From Thermomicrobiales bacterium (GTDB lineage Bacteria > Chloroflexota > Chloroflexia > Thermomicrobiales > UBA6265), in assembly GCA_035540335.1 (NCBI GenBank), contig DATLHE010000178.1, positions 1 through 45,581 on the forward strand: a DNA stretch of 45,581 bases. The letters run 5' to 3'. Shown here piece by piece: positions 39,865-45,581 of this stretch (the first letter of the stretch is position 1; each line of letters begins with the position of its first letter). The translations under genes and the position numbers were made by a program. The notes beneath the pieces were generated by a model. That model saw only the letters and a program-made list of their open reading frames with translations. It did not search any database and was not told the origin of the DNA.

Positions 39865-41039
39865 GCATCCGGGGGCGACGTCCGCCCATCCGAGATCGCC
39901 TCCGGACGTCGATCCGCACGAAGCTGACTGTCTCTCACATCGCGGTCGTCGCGTTGAGCCTGTTTGTCTTCTCGGCGCTGATGGCGGTGTTCTACATCTG
40001 GCTCCTGAACGTGTCGGGGGCGGATTTCGCCACGCAGCTGCGATCGATCATCGGCGCGACGATCGTCGTGCTGATCGTGATCGCGATTATCACCGCGTGC
40101 AGCATCGTCGTGGCGAGCGTCGCCAGCCGGTACGTTTCACGGCGGCTGTCGCGGCAGATCAACGAGCTCGAGAACGCGACGGAGGATTTTGCCAGCGGCC
40201 GGCTGGACCGGCGGGTCGCGGTGCTCTCCGAGGACGAGCTGGGCCGGCTGGCGGTGCGGTTCAATGCGCTGGCCGAGCGGCTGGACGAGCTGGACAAGCA
40301 GCGGCGCTCGTTCGTCGCCAACATCTCGCACGATCTCCGGACGCCGCTGGCAATCATCCGCGGGCACGTCGACGCGCAGCTGCGCGACCCGGGCGACGAG
40401 ACGCCGTCGGCGCGCGAGGCGTTCCTCTCGATCGAGCACGAAGCGCACACCCTCGGCAAGCTGATCGACGATCTCTTCACACTTTCGCGGCTGGAGGAAG
40501 CGGCGCTGCCGATGGAGCGGCGCCCGGTCGACCTGGCGGCGCTGATCGAGGACGCGGTGCGCGGGATGCGCCCCTACGCGCTAAAGGTCTCGCGGGTAAG
40601 CGTGAACGCGCTGCTGCCGGACGATCTTCCCCACGTGCTCGGCGACGCGACGCGAATCACGCAGATCGTGAACAACTTGCTCCACAATGGCGTGAGGCAC
40701 ACGCCCGAGGGCGGCGTGGTGATCGTCGAGGCCGGGGAGGATGCCGCACACCAGCGCGTGCGGGTGCAGGTGCGCGATACCGGCGTCGGCATCGCGCCGG
40801 AGATGCTGCCGCGCATCTTCGACCGCTTCTACCATGGCGAATCGACGCGGGAATCCGGCGCGGGTCTGGGCCTGAGCATCGTCAAGCAACTGGTGGAGGC
40901 CCAGGGCGGAACGGTCGGGGCCGAGTCGGTGCCGGGCGAGGGAACTGTCATCACGTTCACGCTGGAGATGGCGCCCGGGGAGAAACGCGCGACCGCTCAG
41001 GTGCCGGCGGGCGCCGACGAACGCATTGGAGCGAACTGA
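39861..41039 (+). CDS. Sensor histidine kinase (two TMs with a very short outside loop, HAMP, HisKA, HATPase_c)
   Basis: The ATG at 39861 overlaps the RR stop as ATGA. The TMs VSHIAVVALSLFVFSALMAVFYIWLL and IIGATIVVLIVIAIITACSIVVASV are separated by about 15 residues. H-box NISHDLRTPL, N-box LLHNGVRHTPEGG, G-boxes RDTGVGI and GAGLGLSIV. Confidence 0.9.
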   Translation: MSIRGRRPPIRDRLRTSIRTKLTVSHIAVVALSLFVFSALMAVFYIWLLNVSGADFATQLRSIIGATIVVLIVIAIITACSIVVASVASRYVSRRLSRQINELENATEDFASGRLDRRVAVLSEDELGRLAVRFNALAERLDELDKQRRSFVANISHDLRTPLAIIRGHVDAQLRDPGDETPSAREAFLSIEHEAHTLGKLIDDLFTLSRLEEAALPMERRPVDLAALIEDAVRGMRPYALKVSRVSVNALLPDDLPHVLGDATRITQIVNNLLHNGVRHTPEGGVVIVEAGEDAAHQRVRVQVRDTGVGIAPEMLPRIFDRFYHGESTRESGAGLGLSIVKQLVEAQGGTVGAESVPGEGTVITFTLEMAPGEKRATAQVPAGADERIGAN

Positions 41040-41169
41040 CACGATTCTGCAACGTTGACGTGTGCGGCGTTGATGCCTCCGCCATGCACCGGCGGCGAGA
41101 ATGCCGTCAGGAGTGCAGCGGTCCGTGGAACAGCGGTGTTTCGCCGACCGGTAGGGCAGGGAGCGCCAG

Positions 41170-41580
41170 ATGAAGATGCGTGGGTACGTGCTGTTCTTTG
41201 CCGCGGCGGCGGTCGTCATCATGCTGGTCACCGTCAACCTCGTCACCGGGCGTGGTGAGCGGGAAGACGTCGCGAGCGCGCCGCATTTCCAGACGGCGCC
41301 GCACGTGAATGTCCGGATCACGGACGAGCCGCAGGTCTCCCGGGATCTGGATCCCGTGCTCGTGACGCTGTACGACGGCGCGATTCCCGATGACGCGGCG
41401 AACATCACCGTGTTGAGCGACGAGAACTGCCAGCCGGACGCGGATGGCGTCTCCCACTGCCTCAACCGGGTGCAGTTCGAGACGGCTGGCGGCACCGGGC
41501 ACGCGACGCTGCAGCATCATCATCGGATGGCGGAGGAGCCGTGCCTGGCGCCGGGCCAGATGGTGATGATGGTGGAGTAG
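41170..41580 (+). CDS. Hypothetical secreted or membrane-anchored protein with a Cys pair and a His/Met-rich C-terminus
   Basis: GGGAG lies 6 nt upstream of the ATG. The N-terminal anchor is YVLFFAAAAVVIMLVTVNLV. Later motifs are ..NCQPDADGVSHC.. and the tail ..LQHHHRMAEEPCLAPGQMVMMVE. Codon bias is good. Confidence 0.65.
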   Translation: MKMRGYVLFFAAAAVVIMLVTVNLVTGRGEREDVASAPHFQTAPHVNVRITDEPQVSRDLDPVLVTLYDGAIPDDAANITVLSDENCQPDADGVSHCLNRVQFETAGGTGHATLQHHHRMAEEPCLAPGQMVMMVE

Positions 41581-41596
41581 AGCGGGTGCGCGGCTC

Positions 41597-42290
41597 TGTT
41601 ACGGAAGGCTGCCAACGCATTTAACCTGGCCGGTGGCAGCCTTGGCGGATTTGGCTGATTTTGCGGGGATTTCAAGGCTGCCAAGGATGATCGGGAACCT
41701 GGCAGCCTTCGTGGTGTGTGGTGGGAGGCCAGTGAACGCGCCTTTCGAGTTGACGGAGCGGGAGGACATTGACCGCGCGCTCGGGGTCTGACCCTGGAGG
41801 CGCTGGGCGCGGTCAAGTCGTCCCCTACGGGGGGCGAGCGAGGGAAGGCTGCCACGTGGCCACGTAACGGGTAGAGGGGAATGTTGGCCACCTTCGATGA
41901 ATGAGGTGGCGCTACGCGCCGCGACGGTCGGGGGTGGGGCCGCACCGGTGTACGCCGGCGGGTGGCGAACGTCGCTTCGCGTGGGGTTCATCGCTTCGCT
42001 CTGAATGAGATGTTTTGGTGCGGGGTAGGGCGTGCCAAGGTCGGCCACCGCCCGCAGCCGCGGCCCGCAGGGGCGCCCACAGGGGCAGGGCCGACCGTAC
42101 GACGGTTGGCGGGAGACGGTGCACACTCTGCGGGGTGCGCGGCTACGGCCATGGGGCGGACATAGAGGGCTCGCTCCGATTCTCGCCTTAGGCTCGGCCG
42201 GGTCCGCCCGTATGACGGCGAGCGTCGGGCCAGAGGCCGGTCATGGGCCGGCCGTACGGAAGGACGGGAAGTCGCGGGGGGGCGGACTTG
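41597..42290. repeat. Largest mosaic repeat cluster of the window (between convergent genes)
   Basis: TGGCAGCCTT or its complement lies at 41605 (-), 41634 (+), 41674 (-), 41700 (+) and 41845 (-). 41597-41712 is homologous to 161-290. About 41843-41900 is the reverse complement of 29013-29060. The CGCTTCGCG..CTGAATGAG module is at 41971-42012. About 42038-42065 is the reverse complement of 28968-28995. The GCACAC hairpin is at 42119-42147. The 60-nt module at 42155-42214 resembles 451-510. Confidence 0.9.
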
Positions 42291-42294
42291 GCCG

Positions 42295-43023
42295 TCAGTG
42301 GCGGTGGCGGAAGAGCGTTGTGGTCTCGGGGAGGGTGTGCACCTCGACGAGGCGGCCGCGCCAGGTGGGATCGGGGACGATCTCGACGTGCTCCAGGTGC
42401 CAGGTCATCTCGTGGGGCACGAAGATGGCGTTGAGGCCGGCCGCCAGGGCGGGGCCGATGTCGGACTTCGGCGAGTTGCCGATCATCCACGACTTCTCCG
42501 GGTCGAGATCGAGCGTCTGTGTCGTCTCCTCATAGGTCTCGACCCGCTTTTCCTCCGTGACGACATGCGCGTCGAAGAGATCGGCGATGCCCGAGCGCTC
42601 GATCTTCGCCTGCTGCTCGTCGAGCTGTCCCTTGGTGACCAGGAAGAGGTCGTGGTGGGGCCGCAGTGCTTCCAGCGTCTCGCGCACGCCGGCGATGAGC
42701 TCGATCTCCGTCTCCAGGATGCGCAGACCGAGCGTCTCGACGGTGGTCAGCTGCGCTTCGTCGCGCGAGCCCGTGATCTGGAGGAAGGTCTCCCGGAGGG
42801 TATGCGCGAAGCCCCGCGCGCCGTAGCCGTGCGAGACAAGCGTGGCGCGCTCGACGTCGTCCAGCATCGCCCGAATCTCGTCGTGCGAGAGCGATTCGTG
42901 GTTGAGATAGGTCACGAAGTCGTGAATTGCCCGCTCGAAGTAGACGTTGTTCTCCCAGAGCGTGTCGTCGGCGTCGAAGAGCAGGTGCTGCTGGTCGAGC
43001 AGCGGTCCGTTGTGGGCTGTCAT
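42295..43023 (-). CDS. HAD superfamily hydrolase
   Basis: The start is MTAHNGPLLDQQHLLFDADDTLW (motif I DxDxT). Later motifs are ..LVTKG.. and ..IGNSPKSDI... The track ORF start at 43095 is an over-extension. Confidence 0.85.
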   Translation of the reverse strand: MTAHNGPLLDQQHLLFDADDTLWENNVYFERAIHDFVTYLNHESLSHDEIRAMLDDVERATLVSHGYGARGFAHTLRETFLQITGSRDEAQLTTVETLGLRILETEIELIAGVRETLEALRPHHDLFLVTKGQLDEQQAKIERSGIADLFDAHVVTEEKRVETYEETTQTLDLDPEKSWMIGNSPKSDIGPALAAGLNAIFVPHEMTWHLEHVEIVPDPTWRGRLVEVHTLPETTTLFRHRH

Positions 43024-43099
43024 GGTCGGTCTCGTTCCTGATGGCGTGCTGACGCGTTCGGTGATTGATACGGAATTCGGGAGGACTCCGAACATGGGG

Positions 43100-43190
43100 C
43101 GCGCTCATATTGCCCTGCGGCCGCAGGTGCGCCACAGGTGCGGCCATCGGGCCGACACAGGCTGCGCCAGGTACGGCCCCTGGAGCTAAA
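43100..43190. repeat. Repeat modules in the HAD/nadA divergent spacer
   Basis: GCCACAGGTGCGGCCAT resembles CCACAGGTGCGGCAT at about 45247-45262. GGCCATCGGGCCGACAC..GGTACGGCCCCT resembles about 23876-23915. Confidence 0.65.
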
Positions 43191-43292
43191 CGCGCGTCGG
43201 TCTACCTGACCGCGTATGAAACGCCGTCAGATGATGCATCGTGAGACACCGGTGTGCCAGTGGTCCGCCTCCCGGCGGGACTTAGTGTCATA

Positions 43293-43321
43293 TTGACAAT
43301 TACTCCGGTGCCCCGTACCAT
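43293..43321 (+). promoter_or_regulatory. Candidate sigma-70 type promoter of nadA-bcp
   Basis: TTGACA (43293-43298), exactly 17 nt, then TACCAT (43316-43321). It lies about 100 nt upstream of the nadA ATG, in a locally AT-enriched patch. Confidence 0.55.
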
Positions 43322-43421
43322 TTGGCCAGTGGTTTTATGGGATGGTTAAGGCCATCCATGCGTGACGCGGCCGATTTCCCCGGGATATGGGCGGGACGGG
43401 TCGCAACAGGAGGCCGCACCA

Positions 43422-44705
43422 ATGGTGCAGCGGACCGGGAATCTTCAGACGATGTGGCCAACGACCTCGACGGAGGATGTGGCTACGACAGCCGTGCTGG
43501 AACGACCAGCAACAGCGACCCAGTGGCTCGTCGACCCGCAGTTGGAAACGGCCTCGTGCACCCCGGAGGAGGGTGCCGGCGCCTATGACCGGCTGCGCGC
43601 CTACGGCGTGCGGCCGTTGCAGCAGCAGCGCATCCCGCGTGAGTACTTCAAGATGCCGACGGAGGAGCGCGACGCCAGGATCTGGGCGCTGAAGCGCGAG
43701 CTGGGCGACCGGCTGACGATTCTGGGGCATCACTACCAGCGCGACGAGGTCGTGCAGTTCGCCGACTTCCAGGGCGATTCCTACAAGCTCTCGAAGGAGG
43801 CCGCGGCGCAGTCGAAGGCGGAGTTCACGCTCTTCTGCGGCGTCCACTTCATGGCGGAGAGCGCCGACATCCTTGGCGGCCCGGACCAGCACGTCATCCT
43901 GCCGAACCTCGAGGCGGGCTGCTCGATGGCCGACATGGCGAAGGCGGAGGACGTCGAGGCGGCGTGGGCCGTGCTGGAGCAGCTCGGGATCAGCGACGAG
44001 GTGGTCCCGATCACATACATGAACTCGGCGGCGTCGCTCAAGGCGTTCTGTGGCCGCAACGGCGGCATCGTCTGCACCTCGTCGAACGCGACGCGCGTCT
44101 ACGACTGGGCGTTCGAGCGGGGTGAGCGGGTCTTCTTCTTCCCCGACGAGCATCTTGGGCGGAACACGGCGGTCCGCAAGGGCATCTTCGAGGACGACAT
44201 GGTCGTCTGGGATCCATTCCTGCCGCTCGGCGGCAACACGGAAGAGGATCTGCTGGCGGCGAAGGTGATCCTCTGGAAGGGCTACTGCTCGGTGCACGCC
44301 CGCTTCTCGGTGGAGCAGATCGAGAAGGCCCGGCGCGACTACCCGGACGTCAACGTGATCGTCCATCCGGAGTGCCGGCTGGAGGTCGTGCAGGCATCCG
44401 ACTACGACGGATCGACCGAATACATCATTGACGTGATCCGCAAGGCGCCCGCGGGTACCGTCTGGGCGGTCGGCACGGAGATCAACCTGGTGCGCAGATT
44501 GCAGAGCCAGATGCCGGACAAGACGATCTTCTGCCTCGATCCGGTGATCTGCCCCTGCTCGACGATGTACCGCATCCACCCGGCGTACATGCTGTGGGCG
44601 CTGGAGCACCTCGCGCGAGGCGAGATCGTCAACGAGATCACGGTCGACCCGGTCGTGACAGCCGAGGCGAAGATCGCGCTCGACCGCATGCTGGCCGTTC
44701 CCTAA
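43422..44705 (+). CDS. nadA: Quinolinate synthase NadA
   Basis: ..ILGHHYQRDEVVQFADFQGDSYKLS..FCGVHFMAESADIL..GCSMADMA..SVHARF..VHPEC..CPCSTM.. are NadA blocks including the Fe-S ligand cysteines. AGGAGG lies 8 nt upstream of ATG 43422. The track start at 43362 is an over-extension. Confidence 0.9.
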   Translation: MVQRTGNLQTMWPTTSTEDVATTAVLERPATATQWLVDPQLETASCTPEEGAGAYDRLRAYGVRPLQQQRIPREYFKMPTEERDARIWALKRELGDRLTILGHHYQRDEVVQFADFQGDSYKLSKEAAAQSKAEFTLFCGVHFMAESADILGGPDQHVILPNLEAGCSMADMAKAEDVEAAWAVLEQLGISDEVVPITYMNSAASLKAFCGRNGGIVCTSSNATRVYDWAFERGERVFFFPDEHLGRNTAVRKGIFEDDMVVWDPFLPLGGNTEEDLLAAKVILWKGYCSVHARFSVEQIEKARRDYPDVNVIVHPECRLEVVQASDYDGSTEYIIDVIRKAPAGTVWAVGTEINLVRRLQSQMPDKTIFCLDPVICPCSTMYRIHPAYMLWALEHLARGEIVNEITVDPVVTAEAKIALDRMLAVP

Positions 44706-44719
44706 TCGGAGGCACCGCC

Positions 44720-45181
44720 ATGTTGATCGAAGTGGGACATGACGCGCCGGATTTCACGCTCAAGACGAGCACCGGCGAGGATTTCCGGCTCAGTGACCTG
44801 CAGGGGCAACTGCGGGTGATGCTGATCTTCTACCCGAAGGACTTTACGCCCGGGTGCACGGACCAGCTGATCCAGGTTCGCCGGAACATCGAGCACATGC
44901 GCGAGGCCGGCATCGAGCCGGTCGGCGTGAACCCGGGCGACGCGGAGACGCACGAGCAGTTCCGCGAGGCCCACGCGCTGAACTTCGAGCTGCTGGTCGA
45001 TGAGGGCGCCGGGGTCGCAAAGGCGTACGGGGCGATCAAGGACGACGGCGAGGGCATTCAGCGCTCGGTCGTGATCGTTGGCCGTAATGGCAAGGTCGTC
45101 TTCGCGCGGCAAGGCGCGCCGGCGTGGCAGCAGGTACTGAACGCCATGCGCGACGTTGTCGACGAGCCGGTGACGGCGTAG
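44720..45181 (+). CDS. bcp: Thiol peroxidase / peroxiredoxin of the BCP (AhpC/TSA) family
   Basis: MLIEVGHDAPDFTL..MLIFYPKDFTPGCT.. carries the peroxidatic Cys motif. CGGAGG lies 7 nt upstream. It starts 14 nt after the nadA stop. Confidence 0.9.
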   Translation: MLIEVGHDAPDFTLKTSTGEDFRLSDLQGQLRVMLIFYPKDFTPGCTDQLIQVRRNIEHMREAGIEPVGVNPGDAETHEQFREAHALNFELLVDEGAGVAKAYGAIKDDGEGIQRSVVIVGRNGKVVFARQGAPAWQQVLNAMRDVVDEPVTA

Positions 45182-45196
45182 ACGCAGAAGGTCGAG

Positions 45197-45228
45197 AGCC
45201 CCGGGCCGTTGGGTCCGGGGCTTTTTTC
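45197..45228 (+). terminator. Intrinsic terminator of nadA-bcp
   Basis: AGCCCCGG - 10 nt - CCGGGGCT followed by TTTTTTCG, 16 nt after the bcp stop. Confidence 0.85.
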
Positions 45229-45239
45229 GTGCCGGGCGG

Positions 45240-45470
45240 AATGCCCCGGCCACAGGTGCGGCATTGCAGCACGGGGCTCCTGGGTGAAATGGGGCGATCG
45301 CCCGCCCGATGGGGAGCGGAGAGACTGCGGCCATCCGTCCGTACGAGGGCGCACACCCTCCGGGGTGCGCGGCTACGACGGGATGGTTTCCGCCGTGGTC
45401 CCAATCATCCGTCATCCTGAGCGAATGCGAGGGCCCGCTACCGCTTCTCGCCTGCGGTTGGCCGGAGGAT
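45240..45470. repeat. Repeat modules downstream of the bcp terminator
   Basis: CCACAGGTGCGGCAT at about 45247-45262. GCGCACACCCTCCGGGGTGCGCGGCTACG at 45349-45377. Inverted GTCATCCTGAGCGAATGCGAGGGC module at about 45411-45450. A CTTCTCGCCTGCGG..GGCCGG variant at about 45443-45470. Confidence 0.8.
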
Positions 45471-45509
45471 GCCCCGACGCCGCAGCGCCGGTCTCTTCCG
45501 GCGTGTGTC

Positions 45510-45581
45510 GTCACGACGTCTCCATCTGAAACCGGGTATTCGGCCGCACCAGCTCGATGCTCCGCATCGATGGGGATCCCT
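45510..45581 (-). CDS. Possible 3' end of a minus-strand gene that starts beyond the window
   Basis: The frame reads ..GSPSMRSIELVRPNTRFQMETS, then TGA (complement of 45510-45512). 18 of 22 third positions are G/C. Only 23 codons are visible, so no family can be assigned. Confidence 0.3.

Noticed and set aside
161-45470. Annotating the repeat clusters as MITEs or IS remnants (mobile_element).
   Set aside because: I can define no terminal inverted repeats with target-site duplications, and no transposase, integrase or RAYT gene lies in the window. The modules are shuffled rather than forming one bounded element. I therefore report them as repeats of unknown mechanism.

Overview
Very GC-rich, gene-dense chromosomal window with no transposase, integrase, CRISPR array, tRNA or rRNA that I can recognise. 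I support about 34 protein-coding genes.

Gene content in order:
- 744-9549 (-): an envelope or protein glycosylation operon. It holds three GT-C (PMT/ArnT-like) membrane glycosyltransferases, a GT2 polyprenyl-phosphate-sugar synthase-like enzyme, a SAM methyltransferase and two secreted TPM-domain proteins.
- 9715-11496 (+): a biotin carboxylase-BCCP fusion.
- 11974-22957 (+): a compact dcw block, mraZ-rsmH-murF-mraY-murD-(murC-murB fusion)-ddl, followed after an 800-nt gap by ftsZ, then nrdR.
- 24172-26915 (-): an ECF sigma factor and an anti-sigma candidate with a PD40 beta-propeller.
- trxA, then a GT4 glycosyltransferase.
- 29236-34566: a divergent three-gene module with no family I can name (details below).
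- A Gfo/Idh/MocA oxidoreductase and a sugar-phosphate isomerase, then a Hanks-type Ser/Thr kinase.
- An OmpR/HK two-component pair flanked by small membrane proteins.
- A HAD hydrolase, then nadA-bcp.

The best candidate for an undescribed system is 29236-34566. It encodes two membrane-anchored coiled-coil proteins, one with a MotB/PomB-like Asp-bearing TM segment, opposite a degenerate kinase-fold repeat protein.

The second striking signal is non-coding. Almost every longer intergenic region, mostly at gene 3' ends, is a mosaic of shared short repeat modules:
- GC-rich hairpins.
- A perfect 10-mer, TGGCAGCCTT, present at least 10 times in alternating orientation.
- Hairpins with a conserved CTTGT/ACAAG loop and unrelated stems.

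Many long ORFs in the six-frame track are antisense or off-frame artefacts of the GC-rich composition.
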